NCBI GenBank assembly: GCA_051362555.1
Contig: CM120648.1
Location: 18,162,587-18,226,586, forward strand
Reading direction: 5' to 3'
Length of the DNA stretch: 64,000 bases
From: Lingula anatina
Lineage: Eukaryota; Animalia; Brachiopoda
Part shown: positions 48,922-61,421 of the stretch, one piece after another
Numbering within the stretch: the first letter of the stretch is position 1
How the letters are laid out: every line of letters starts with the position of its first letter
Position numbers and translations under genes: made by a program
The notes under the pieces: generated by a model
Told to the model about the DNA's origin: nothing
What the model saw: only the letters and a program-made list of their open reading frames with translations
Database searches by the model: none

Positions 48922-50764
48922 TAAGTCGAATCCATCCCCTTTCACATTAAAGCACCCCCTTGTAATCCAACACATGGGAATATTCTAACACTTTTAAAAA
49001 TGACAACCCCTTGTTGTTACCCCGTATCGTGGACGTGCACATATATTTCCAAAATCCACAGTGAGTAACAGGTCAAACGTTAGAACAGACAAAAGCCAAG
49101 CCCAATGAAACTCAGTATAACTCGATCCTTTCTCGAGAGACGGCTAAATTACCCTGCAACATGCAGTGCGTCGAGAAAGATTCCCGCTTTAATCCCAGAA
49201 GCATGCTTTGCTATAATTTGTGTTAACATACACTGTGCGAACATTACTGAAATCACTATATCGTCTACCTTGTAAAACGATGACCGTCTGCCCCGTGTTT
49301 AGTGATCTATATTATTGTCTCTTGCTGTTTTAGTCTTGAGTAAAACACGAAGTAAAAGGTTGCCGTGCGAGCTTTTCTGCCATTAATACTGCGTTATAGG
49401 TCAATGCTAGAGAATCGGCGCGAAAGATATCCCATTACATACTATCTGCGCATGCGCAAGGCCAGGCGGTTGAAAATGTGCGGACTGTAAGTCTGTGTCG
49501 GCCGGTCACAGTATATAATTTCCAAGCCACCGTCGACTTCTTTGCAAGACGGCATTTGTTGCGGCGATAATTTAACTGATGAGGATGAAGAGAATGAGTA
49601 AATGCATCAGGTAGGTCTAATATAACATTTGAATCAATCATAATAAGGGAACAAACAACCGTGTCACGGACGCCCAAGATGGGTTTTATGCACGAAGAAC
49701 AGACCGTGCTGAAAAAAGATTATCACGATCGTGAAACAATTGTTAATCAAACACTCTGTCCTATTTATTAGAACACTGCAAAAAGTTTACGTCAAAGTAC
49801 GGCCCCGCGTACAAGTAAAGATTCTGTACATGTATATAACTGGCCTGTATTAATCCCATAGAGTCGACCTACATTCCTTGACCTAAATTCCAGGCAGGGT
49901 TATATAATCAATGCACTGGTTCACTCGCAGGGTTCATACAGCACTTTAAGTGCTTGAATCTAGTATATATTGCCCCTTCACTGCATGAAAAAACACCTTT
50001 TATCGCCTTTCATTCATCTACAAAATGTTATCGAAAGATGATCCCTCATCTTTCATCATCCTTTCCTGACGAAAAGGTCATCTTTCACCTTTCATTTGTA
50101 AAAGGTCATCTTTTTATCAACTTTTACGTCTCGGAAAGACCGTCATTCACATTTTCATTAACTTTCAGTTTTCAAAAGTTCAACTATCACCTTTTACACT
50201 GCGAAAGGCCACCTTACATTCCAGCTTTTGTTAACTGGAAAGGTCTCATTTTGTTAACTTTTATTTTCTGAAAGCTTAAGACTAATTTTATAATAATGCG
50301 TGGTGATCTTTTGTATGTATACTATTTATTTTATGTACAGGACTTAATTCCGTATCTTACATTAAGCGCATTATGGAAAAAGCGAATACTTTTGCAAATT
50401 GTTTGCATGATGAAATGTTTTGCACTTTGATTAAAGTATTTAACTGATAGATTGAATATGGTGATTTGCATTTCGGAGAAAAAATTATGCAATCTTGCAT
50501 TGGCTGGAGTTTATGTATAAATATATAGCATTCAGAGCAGTAGAAGAAGTGTTCACCGAATTTCACTTGAGGTAGACATATAATTTTGACGCTTTAAACG
50601 ACAAACAACTTTCAGAATCGAAAGTAACTATATTTTTATTCCAATATTGTCAGGGTTTAAATACAGCAAATAAAAAATTATATGTCAGAGGTCACATCTC
50701 CATATTTGCCTAGATAATTACTTTCACAGGAAATGATGTCCATGCTTCTGGACAGTAGCTAATT

Positions 50765-51680
50765 ATGTCAGGATTATAGCATTGATTGCACCAAGTCAAA
50801 ATAGTGTTTGAGGTCACCTCTCCATAATTTGCCTGGCTAGAGGCTCGTCTCTAAACAGAAAACCACCCCTCCTCGACAAAAAAGGCAATAGGATCTCTCG
50901 TCACTAACTTTGTTATTTTCAGTAATGTCAGGATTTTAGCATTGATTGCACCAAGTCAAAATAGTGTTTGAGGTCACCTCTCCATAATTTGCCTGGCTAG
51001 AGGCTCGTCTCTAAACAGAAAACCCCCCCTCCTCGACAAAAAAGGCAATAGGATCTCTCGTCACTAACTTTGTTATTTTCAGTAATGTCAGGATTTTAGC
51101 ATTGATTGCACCAAGTCAAAATAGTGTTTGAGGTCACCTCTCCATAATTTGCCTGGCTAGAGGCTCGTCTCTAAACAGAAAACCCCCCCTCCTCGACAAA
51201 AAAGGCAATAGGATCTGTCGTCACTAACTTTGTTATTTTCAGTAATGTCAGGATTTTAGCATTGATTGCACCAAGTCAAAATAGTGTTTGAGGTCACCTC
51301 TCCATAATTTGCCTGGCTAGAGGCTCGTCTCTAAACAGAAAACCACCCTTCCTCGACAAAAAAGGCAATAGGATCTCTCGTCACTAACTTTGTTATTTTC
51401 AGTAATGTCAGGATTTTAGCATTGATTGCACCAAGTTCAAAAAGTGTTTGAGGTCACCTCTCCATAATTTGCCTGGCTAGAGGCTCGTCTCTTAACAGAA
51501 AACCACCCCTCCTTGACAAAAAAGGTTATAGGATCTCTCATCACTAACTTTGTTATTTGCAGTTATGTCAGTACTAGCATTGATTGTATCAAGTCAAAAA
51601 TTATAATTACAATAAATGTCAGAGGTCACCTCTCCATAGTTTGCCTGACCAGGGGATCGTTTCTAAGGATAAAACCACTC
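50765..51680. repeat. 160-bp tandem repeat, 5 copies plus 1 degenerate, inside inner CACTA
   Basis: Units at 50765, 50925, 51085, 51245, 51405, 51565. Confidence 0.95.
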
Positions 51681-52324
51681 TAAAATTGTTATGATGTGTT
51701 TTAGACTCCAGAGAGCAAGTTTTACCTTTTACATAATCCCTAATAGTAAGGCCCTGGGCATGATGGAAATATTTAACCGAAGTTGGATAGGTAGTAATCA
51801 GCTATGCAATTGGAATTTGTTTGTATTGGAACTGGTTATATTACTGGCAGACTGTTACAGTTTGCATATCCTTTATTCATCTTGCTTACACTTCTGTAGT
51901 TAATCTTAATATCAGAGGAAAATTATCAACCATACATAACTGTTTACTTATTCTCTTGCTCAGAGCGAGTCAGTCTCCCCTTTATCATTTTAGCATGTTT
52001 AATTACATAAATCTGATGGAGAGGGGGTCTGAGGTAAACACAATGAGGTTATACACGTAGGTTAACAATTTCTATTGTAGCTGCAGACTGGGAATTCATG
52101 TATAACAGGAGCACAGGAATGCAGCCTTCTTTAAGATGTTCATCTATTTTCTTGTGACGACAGGCACTGCTTTTTCATCCTTGTGACGCCCAATTCCTTT
52201 ATAAAAGAAAAGACATACTGAATAATAGAGACATGACAAAAACACATGACAATATTTTTCTGAGAACTTAATTCTTTTCTATAATGTGCAGCTGTTTTAA
52301 ATAGTGTCATTTTCGTTTGTATAA

Positions 52325-52539
52325 GGCTGTATTCCCAGAGCTTTTAGATCGATCTCTCCCCGCAGGGAGTCTCACTAGATTACTGTCAGATAATCCGGCT
52401 TAAATGTCCGTCCTGCCTACTACAAGCTGTAAGGGGGTAATTAACTTTCGTGTCCGCTCGGCTGACAGCTATTTAGCGTGAACCCCCAGGGAGTTAGGTC
52501 GATCTAAAGTAGATCAATCTAATCTCTGGAAATGGGGTC
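52325..52539. mobile_element. 215-bp Harbinger-type MITE inside inner CACTA (same position as 48707 copy)
   Basis: Same flanks and TAA duplication. Confidence 0.85.
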
Positions 52540-55500
52540 TAAGTCGAATCCATCCCCTTTCACATTAAAGCACCCCCTTGTAATCCAACACATGGGAATA
52601 TTCTAACACTTTTAAAAATGACAACCCCTTGTTGTTACCCCGTATCGTGGACGTGCACATATATTTCCAAAATTCACAGTGAGTAACAGGTCAAACGTTA
52701 GAACAGAAAAAAGCCAAGCCCAATGAAACTCAGTTTAACTCGATCCTTTCTTGAGAGACGGCCAAATTACCCTGCAACATGCAGTGCGTCGAGAAAGATT
52801 CCCGCTTTAATCCCAGAAGTATGCTTTGCTATAATTTGTGTTAACATACATGTACACTGTGCGAAAAAAACTGAAATCACTATATCACCTACCTTGTAAA
52901 ACGATGACCGTCTGCCCCGTGTCTAGTGATCTATATAATTGTCTCTTGCTGTTTTAGTCTTGAGTAAAACACGAAGTTAAAGGTTGCCGTGCGAGCTTTT
53001 CTGCCATTAATACTGCGTTATAGGTCAATGCTAGAGAATCGGCGCGAAAGATATCCCATTACAGACTATCTGCGCATGCGCAAGGCCAGGCGGTTGAAAA
53101 TGCGCGGACTGTAAGGCTGTGTAGGCCGGTCACAGAAGATAATTTCCAAGCCACCGTATTGATTATGGTCGACTTCTTTGCAAGATGGCATTTGTTGCGG
53201 CGATATTTTAACTGATGAGGATGAAGAGAATGAGTAAATGCATCAGGTAGGTCTAATATAACATTTGAATCAGTCATAATAAGGGAACAAACAACCGTGT
53301 CACGGACGCCCAAGATGGGTTTTATGCACGGAGAACAGACCGTGCTGAAAAAAGATTATCACGATCGTGAAACAATTGTTAATCGAACACTCTGTCCTAT
53401 TTATTAGAACACTGCAAAAAGTTTACGTCAAAGTACGGCCCCGCGTACAAGTAAAGATTCTGTACATGTATATAACTGGCCTGTATTAATCCCATAGAGT
53501 CGACCTACATTCCTTGACCTAAATTCCAGGCAGGGTTATATAATCAATGCACTGGTTCACTCGCAGGGTTCATACAGCACTTTAAGTGCTTGAATCTAGT
53601 ATATAGTTTGTGTGAATGATGCACCTCTTTTCTATGCAAACTTAAAAATGACAGTAAGGCGCATTGAGTTATTGTAAAGTTATTGATTTAGAGCCTCAGA
53701 AGTCATTCAATTTGCTTTTATGTTGCTGTATGAACCCTAAGCAGTAATCATGAATATCTTCATCATTGCATGTAGTTATTTCAGCATTCATATTTTCATT
53801 AATGAAAACTGTTTGTATGATATTACACTAAAAGAATTCACTATCTTAAAATCTCTATTTCTTTTCCAGATGCTATTAAAAGACAGGCTGTCTGAACAGC
53901 ACATAAAAAAAAACAAGCAAAGTGGATGGACTAAGGCAAAAAAATTGGAAGAGAAGAATGGGGTATGTAATACAGGAGCCTATATAAGTTCTGTACAAAG
54001 CCCAATCAAGTTGCCTAGCAGTAATCATGAATGCATATTTTCATCATTACTTGTATACGTAGCTATTTCATTATTCATATTTCCCTAATTGAAAACTTTT
54101 TGCATGATATTACACTCAAATAATTCACTCTTTTTATCTATTTACCAGGTGCCATTAAAAGATACTACAGTTCTGAAAAGTAGGAGGATGTTCTAAAACA
54201 AGCAAAAGGACTGGATGAGCTGAAACAAAATATATGGAAAAAAAGGAAGGAGGTACTATTATAGAAGCATGTTTAAACCTTGTAAAATCTCTCTTTTAAG
54301 ACTTTTGATGGCTTTAAGTCCATAGTTTGAAAATATTTCTAACATCATAAAAGTTGCCATTGTTTTCATCATATTTGATTAGCATTAAAATGAACTGTTA
54401 TCCAAAACAGCATTTATCATTACATGCATCCTATTTTTCAGGAAGCAAAAGACAAAGATTTGGGCAGGCAAAGTGTTCACTTGACAGACGATTCCAGGAA
54501 AACTACTCCCAGGAGAGCGGGAGGTTATGCATATATAGTAGGACTAGTGGATCTGTATGAAAGTACATTTAGAGAACATTTCCTGGGCCTTTCTTGGATA
54601 ATCAAAACAAAAAATCAAATGGATTATCAAAAAACCTTTCAAAAGACAAGCGCAACCTGCACAAAAATGTTATAATGGAATAAATTATTAGAATTTATAC
54701 CATGTGTTGTTCTGTTTATCAATATATTATTAAATCGCGGCAATAAATATTACATTAAAATACGTAACAAAAGAAGGAAAAATGCAGTCTTTTCTTAAAT
54801 AAAAAGGTTTGAAAAGGTTATCTTTTGTATCTGAAAAGTTGCACAAAAGGCATCTGAAAGTTGGACTTTTTAGCAGGAAAAGGTAGAGAAAAGTGGGTCT
54901 TTCATATGTCTTTTAGCATGCAAAAAGTTGATGAATGATGAACTTGAGAATACCTTTTCTTCAAGCAAAAGATCGTCTTTTTGCAGCAAAAGGTTTATGA
55001 AAGTTAAACTTTTGAGTAGAGAAAAGGTGAAGAAAAGTGGGCCATTTGTATACCTTTTCACTTATACAAAAGTCATTTAAAAGATCGTCTTTTACACCTT
55101 TCCTAAAAAAACGAAAGGTCTAGGAAAGGTGTGAGAAGGTGAATAAAAGGAGGCCTTTTGATCGCCTTTCAGGATATATAAAAGCTGATTTTTCATGCAG
55201 TGCTTGTACATGTATTCAGTCTGTTTATGACATTAAAAGTACTTGAAATTGTTATTAGCCTTACAAAAGGCTTGTATTTATCATTTTTCCCTAAAAATTC
55301 TGGGATTTGATCAGTTAGAAATTTGTCGAATGATTATTTCAAACCTTGTTTTTAACCTGAATGTAGACATGCTGGGGGAATGCCCTTTTTAATCTGTCAA
55401 ATTTTTTCTCATGTTTCTTTATCATTAAAATACAAAGTTTGTGTGAATGATGCACCTCTTTTCTATGCAAACTTAAAAATGACAGTAAGGCGCATTGAGT

Positions 55501-57040
55501 TATTGTAAAGTTATTGATTTAGAGCCTCAGAAGTCATTCAATTTGCTTTTATGTTGCTGTATGAACCCTAAGCAGTAATCATTAATATCTTCATCATTGC
55601 ATGTAGTTATTTCAGCATTCATATTTTCATTAATGAAAACTGTTTGTATGATATTACACTAAAATAATTCACTATCTTAAAATATCTATTTCCTTTCCAG
55701 ATGCTATTAAAAGACAGGCTGTCTGAACAGCACATAAAACAAACAAACAAAGTGGATGGACTAAGGCAAAAAAAAAAAAAAAATTGGAAGAGAAGAATGG
55801 GGTATGTAATACAGGAGCTTATATAAGTTCTGTACAAGGCCCAATCAAGTTGCCTAGCAGTAATCATGAATGCATATTTTCATCATTAATTGTAGCTATT
55901 TCATTATTCATATTTCCCTAATTGAAAACTTTTTGCATGATATTACACTCAAATAATTCACTCTTTTAATTTATTTACCAGGTGCCATTTAAAGATACTA
56001 CAGATCTGAAAAGTAGGAGGATGTTCTAAAACAAGCAAAAGGACTGGATGAGCTGAAACAAAAAATATGGAAAAGAAGGAAGGAGGTCCTATTATAGAAT
56101 CACGTTTAAACCTTGTAAAATCTCTCTTTTAAGCCATTTGATGGCTTTAAGTCCATAGTTTGAAAATACTTCTAACATCATAAAAGTTGCCATTGTTTTT
56201 ATCATATTTGATTAGCATTAAAATGAACTGTTATCCAAAACAGCATTTATCATTACATGCATTCTATTTTTCAGGAGGCAAAAGGCAAAGATTTGGGCAG
56301 GCAAAGTGTTCACTTAACAGACGATTCCAGGAAAACTACTCCCAGGAGAGCGGGAAGTTACGCATATATAGTAGGACTAGTGGATCTGGCTGAAAGTACA
56401 TTTAGAGAACATTTCCTGGGCCTTTCTTGGATTATCAAAACAAAAAATCAAATTTCCTTGGATTATCAAAAAACTTTCAAAAGACAAGCGCAACCAGCAC
56501 AAAAATGTTATAATGGAATAAATTATTAAAATTTATACCATGTGTTGTTCTGTTTATCAATATATTATTAAATCGCCGCAATAAATATTACATTAAAATA
56601 CGTAACAAAAGAAGGAAAAATGCAGTCTTTTCTTAAATAAAAAGGTTTTAAAAGGTTATCTTTTGTATCTGAAAAGTTGCACAAAAGGCATCTGAAAGTT
56701 GGACTTTTTAGCAGGAAAAGGTAGAGAAAAGTGGGTCATTCATATGCCTTTTAGCATGCAAAAAGTTGATGAATGATGAACTTGAGAATACCTTTTCTTC
56801 AAGCAAAAGATCGTCTTTTTGCAGCAAAAGGTTTATGAAAGTTAAACTTTTGTGTAGAGAAAAGGTGAAGAAAAGTGGGCCATTTGTATACCTTTTCACT
56901 TATACAAAAGTCATTCAAAAGATCGTCTTTTACACCTTTCCTAAAAAAACGAAAGGTCTAGGAAAGGTGTGAGAAGGTGAATAAAAGGAGGCCTTTTGAT
57001 CGCCTTTCAAGATTTATAAAAGCTGATTTTTCATGCAGTG

Positions 57041-59668
57041 TTTTAACCTCGTATTGTCCCCTGCTTTTTGTCTTCTTGTACATTGATGTGTACGGTATAG
57101 TACCTGATTCTCAAGAAAGAAAAATTGGCAAATTTTGGAGTCCTTGTTATCTGAGCTATCTGAAGTGTTTTCTAACATTTCAATGATGGGAGTTAAATCT
57201 TTGGAAGACCGTTGCATTTTTGCTAGGTCATCTAACTCTGGTACAGTTGGGGGATTTTGGGAACTAGATTTGCTAATGCTACCTACTGTAACTGTGGCCT
57301 CAGGCTGCTTGTAAATAAATTTGGTGACTTCGAATTTTCTTTTATGAACCCTTTTCTCCTTGGACTGAATGACGTTCACCTCTTTCTTAGCTCGACTAAT
57401 ATTATCCACAGCACTGTCTGCTTGTCTGGATAAGCAGTCTGCTGGATTTTGACTACCCTTTTTATACACAACTGTACGGTTTAAACCTTGAATTTCAAGA
57501 GCCCATCTGTTTAATTTCTGGTTACCTGACGCCTTGGACTCTAACCACTTTAAGGGCATATGATCAGTTAAAACAGTAAAATGCTTGTTCTGTAGAAATT
57601 GCTGATATTCTTTGATACCTTCTACCATAGCTAAACATTCTTTTTCCGTCACACAGTAGTTACGTTCAGCATTACGCAATGTTCTTGACCCATATGCAAT
57701 GACATGTTCCCTACCATCTTCTGCCAACTGGCTTAGTATATAGCCTCTTGCAAAGTCAGACGCGTCTGTGGTCAGTCTAAATTCCCTAGTCATGTCAGGA
57801 AAGGCTAATATCGGGGCTTTTGTCAATTCAGTCTTTAAGTCATTGAATGATTTCTCACATGTGTCCGTCCAAGTGAAGTCATTTCCTTTCTTAGTCAATG
57901 CAGACAAGGGGGCTGAAATTTTGGCATAATCTTTCACATAGCGTCTATAGTAGTTACACATTCCTAAAAAGCTACGTACTTGCGTACGTGTTTTTGGCCT
58001 TGCAATTTTTTGGACTGCTTCCACTTTAGACATGTCAACTGATATACCATCTTTAGAAATGAAATGTCCCAAAAATGCTACCCTTTTGGTGGCTAATTTA
58101 CACTTGGTGGTTTTGACAGAAAGGTTGGCATTCTGAAGTCTTTGAAATACTAATTCCAAATGTAGTAAATGGTCCTCAAATGTTTTAGAAAAAATCAGAA
58201 TGTCATCAATGTAGCAAGCTACCATACGCCAATTTAGATCTTTCAAAACGCGTGCCATGGTCGACTGATAGACGGCCGTGGCATTACGAAGCCCAAAAGC
58301 CAAACGTTTGAACTGAAAGTGCCCATGATGGGTAACAAATGCTGTCTTGGGTCGTGTCTGTTCGTCCAAAGGTAATTGCCAGTAACCACTAAACAAATCT
58401 AGGGATGAGAAGAACTTTGCTTGAGACTCTGACAGAATATCTAAGACATCAGTAAGACGAGGCAAAGGAAAATGAATTGGGACCGTGACCTTGTTCAGAC
58501 GCCTATAATCAATTGCAAACCTCATAGATCCATCTTTCTTCTTAACAAGCACAACTGGACTAGCCCATTCACTAGCAGACTCCTCTATAATATCATTCTT
58601 CAACATTTCATCCGTTTGCCTTTCTACTTCAGCTTTCTGTTCAGGGGTCTGCCTATAATGTCTCTGCCTTTGGGGAGGGGCATCCTTAGTATCGATAAAA
58701 TGTCCTTTTACTCTAGCTTCACCCAATTCCGACAAACTTGAGGCAAATATGTCCCTGTATTTCCCTATCAGTATTAAAAGCCGTTTCTTTTGAGATTCAT
58801 TCAAATCTGTCTCAGCAAGACAAATGCCAGTTTCCTCACCTAGTTTCAAGTACTCATTTTCCTTATCCTTTTCACTGGACTCAGGGTTCTCAACAGTTGA
58901 TATAGTATTTATGCTAACTGGGTCAGTAAAAGTTACAATGCTTTCATCCTCTACAGGATATGCCTTAGCAAGTACTTTGTCATAGGGTATGAAAAGGGAT
59001 TTTTCAGTGGGGTTATAAATCCTACATGCTCCACTATGTTTGTCTATTTTAACAACACACCTTGCAATCATGAAATCATTTTCAACAGGTTCTAAAAGTA
59101 AGTTATCAGTCTGAATTTTTGATTTGTTGGTTCCTGAAATTTTTATGGGTATGAGTGTTTCTTCCCTGGGATTGATTCTTACTTGCTGACTTGCTCTAAC
59201 CAAACCTGTATAAGGAGATTTATTGGTTTCAATAGTTTCCATATTTTCAAAGGTAATAATTTCGTTTTTTGCATCAAATTTAGCATCATTTTTCTTTAAA
59301 AAATCCAACCCTAAAATTATGTTTCTTGGTAGACGTTGAAAGAGATAAAATTTTTGAGAGAAGGATTTATGCCCAATATTAAAGTATAGGGTAACACATC
59401 CAGTCACATTATGTAACTCTCCACCTACACCTGTTACTGCAACCAAATCAGAATTTTCAATTTTGAAATTTTGTTTTTGAAATTGCTGTAAAATATTTTC
59501 CGAAATGCATGAAACAGTGGCTCCTGTATCAATCATAGCCTTAACTGGTTTATCGCCTACCTTGATATCTATCAAGTTGTGATCAACCCTGTTAGCCAAA
59601 AACACCACACTTAAATCTACAACTTCTGCCAAATTTTGTGAGCTTTTAGTCATATTGCGTGCGCATCC
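57041..59668 (-). CDS. pol: Element B pol (protease-RT-RNase H), cut before integrase by the CACTA insertion
   Basis: DTGA, RFAIDYR, YIDD, TDAS; open frame directly after the gag UAG. Confidence 0.95.
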
Positions 59669-60991
59669 CTATTGTTCAACCTGTCTACAAACAACAGCCA
59701 AATGACCTTGGCGTCCACACCTATAACATTTTCTAAACCGTGCAAAGCAAGAAGAGGGAGTATGAGAAGTCCACTTATCGCATGAAGCACACTTGTGTCC
59801 GTCCTCATTTTCTCTCGCTCTCACTCGCTCCTGGCTATTCTCCCTGCTTCGTCTCCTGTTTGACTCACTATGATGCTGAAATGAGACTCGTCTATTATTC
59901 TCTCTATTCGTGGTAACCACTTGGACACAAGGCCCTTCTAACACTTTGTTAATTAATTGGCTTAGTTGGCCCATCATGTTTTGCTGCATGTCCGCAAACT
60001 TGTTCATTACTACCGAAATATCAGGCCCATTTAACTGCGACGATATTGGTGCAACAGTAGTTACTTGTCCTGAATCAAAAGTAGCTTCAGCTAATTTCGC
60101 TGCCGCTTCTAAATCTTTTAGGTTTTGGGGGTTTTGCATCATAATGGATGCCCGAACTGACGGTTGCAAGCCATTAATTATGGCGGACATTATGTGTTGA
60201 TCAGGCAAGTTCACCTGCCTACCCATCCTAATAAGTTTTGACACAAAATCCCTCACCCTATCATCACCCTGCTTGCTCGAAAAAAGGGAGGCAGTGATTG
60301 ACCTTATAGTACTTGGGCTTGGCCCATACCTTTCTAAAAATGCAAGTTTAATGTTACTAAATGAAGACTTGTTTTTCACTGTTGATAACCAAGTTTTTGC
60401 ATTATCAGTCAAAAGATAAGTAAAATGTGACAATCGCATGTTTTCATTATATTGCATAAGATTACAGTATTCTTCGAATCTGTTTAACCATTCCGATGCA
60501 CATTCCTTGTCATCCCCCCTGAAAGGGAAGGGTGCCAAGTGCTGTGGCATCGTAATTACCACTGGAGGTGCTGCAGCTTGTACATGTAGTCCCTGCACTG
60601 GTGACACTGCTGTTGGTGGCTGCTGTACTGGAAGCTGTACTGTAGGGGGTGGTGGCTGCTGTTGCACTGGAGGGGGTGGAGTTGGCTGCTGTACTGGAGG
60701 TGGAGGCGGCGGCAGTTCTAATGGACGCTGTACTGGAGGGGGCAGGGGCGGCTGCTGGCTGGCGTCTTGCTGCACTGAGGGTGGGGGTGCCTGTTCATCG
60801 GTTTCCTGCTGTGCTACAGGGGGTGTTGGTTCACCCGCTAGCTCCACTAGGGGTGGAGGTGCCATTTCTTGCTGTTGGGTGGGTGGTGTACTGGTAGCTG
60901 CATCTACCCGCTGCTTAGGAGGTACTGCCGGCTGGCTGGCCTCTCCCTCTCTCTGTGTGGCTGTAGCTGATCTCGGGGATACTCTTCTCAT
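59669..60991 (-). CDS. gag: Element B gag (Pro/Gln-rich N-terminus, capsid, zinc knuckles), 440 aa from ATG 60991
   Basis: PFRGD...WLNRFEEYC...F..RY capsid pattern; CYRCGRQGHLAVVC and an atypical CASC..H...C. Confidence 0.92.
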   Translation of the reverse strand: MRRVSPRSATATQREGEASQPAVPPKQRVDAATSTPPTQQQEMAPPPLVELAGEPTPPVAQQETDEQAPPPSVQQDASQQPPLPPPVQRPLELPPPPPPVQQPTPPPPVQQQPPPPTVQLPVQQPPTAVSPVQGLHVQAAAPPVVITMPQHLAPFPFRGDDKECASEWLNRFEEYCNLMQYNENMRLSHFTYLLTDNAKTWLSTVKNKSSFSNIKLAFLERYGPSPSTIRSITASLFSSKQGDDRVRDFVSKLIRMGRQVNLPDQHIMSAIINGLQPSVRASIMMQNPQNLKDLEAAAKLAEATFDSGQVTTVAPISSQLNGPDISVVMNKFADMQQNMMGQLSQLINKVLEGPCVQVVTTNRENNRRVSFQHHSESNRRRSRENSQERVRARENEDGHKCASCDKWTSHTPSSCFARFRKCYRCGRQGHLAVVCRQVEQ

Positions 60992-61004
60992 CTTTATGCC
61001 CTTG

Positions 61005-61018
61005 TGGTTCTTCCACCA
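61005..61018 (-). other. Probable primer binding site of element B
   Basis: TGGTGGAAGAACC just downstream of the 5' LTR. Confidence 0.55.
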
Positions 61019-61021
61019 ATA

Positions 61022-61421
61022 TGGGGGTCTTAGCACTGATAGGTAGATCGCCTCGAATATACAACTCAACACAGAGAGTTACTGGAGAGACCTTTATTGA
61101 CACAGAAGTAACCTCCTCTAGAGTCCACCGCAACTACTGTTGCTGTCAAGATTTAGAGGGGTTTAAGTAGCAAAACATCAAAGAAATTTTTCCACTTCAA
61201 AGAGATTCCAGTTAAATTGCACATGTTTCCTAATACACCATCTAAATGTCATTAAGAGGGGACAGTGTGTCCAGTGACAGGCTACTTAACCCATGCCTGT
61301 CTAGCCAGGTTCTGCCTACCCTCTAATTTGTGATGTCCATGTCACTGATATGGAGTGACTGTAGGTAATATTTTATGTAATGAAAAAAAAGCAAATAAAT
61401 ATATGATATGAAACTATGATA
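61022..61421 (-). repeat. Element B 5' LTR
   Basis: Uninterrupted version of the split 3' LTR, containing the empty TAGA site. Confidence 0.93.

Larger units (their letters stand above)
49979..55202. mobile_element. Second copy of the same CACTG element nested in the first, same orientation
   Basis: CACTGCATGAAAAA at 49979, TTTTTCATGCAGTG ending 55202; CTT 3-bp TSD. Confidence 0.92.
46514..57040. mobile_element. CACTA/EnSpm-type (CACTG) non-autonomous DNA transposon, outer copy, inserted in B pol
   Basis: TIR CACTGCATGAAAAA / TTTTTCATGCAGTG; TTT 3-bp TSD whose removal restores RL-K-QLVVP; AAAAGG/CCTTTT-rich subterminal regions. Confidence 0.9.
33899..61421 (-). mobile_element. Ty3/Gypsy LTR retrotransposon B with env (gag-pol-env), disrupted by nested insertions
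   Basis: ~400-bp LTRs (61022-61421; 33899-33999 + 42820-43116); GAAG(TA) duplicated at both flanks; gag, PR-RT-RH, IN fragment and env in order on the minus strand. Confidence 0.93.

Noticed and set aside
46514-57040. Simple tandem or assembly duplication
   Set aside because: Copies differ by many substitutions and indels, and the inner copy has its own TIRs and CTT TSD
60438-61046. 202-aa Cys/Gly-rich plus-strand ORF resembling a keratin-associated or metallothionein protein
   Set aside because: Antisense shadow of the Pro/Gln-rich gag N-terminus
60992-61072. N-terminal 27 aa of the listed 467-aa gag ORF
   Set aside because: Non-ATG start lying in the LTR/PBS; first ATG is 60991
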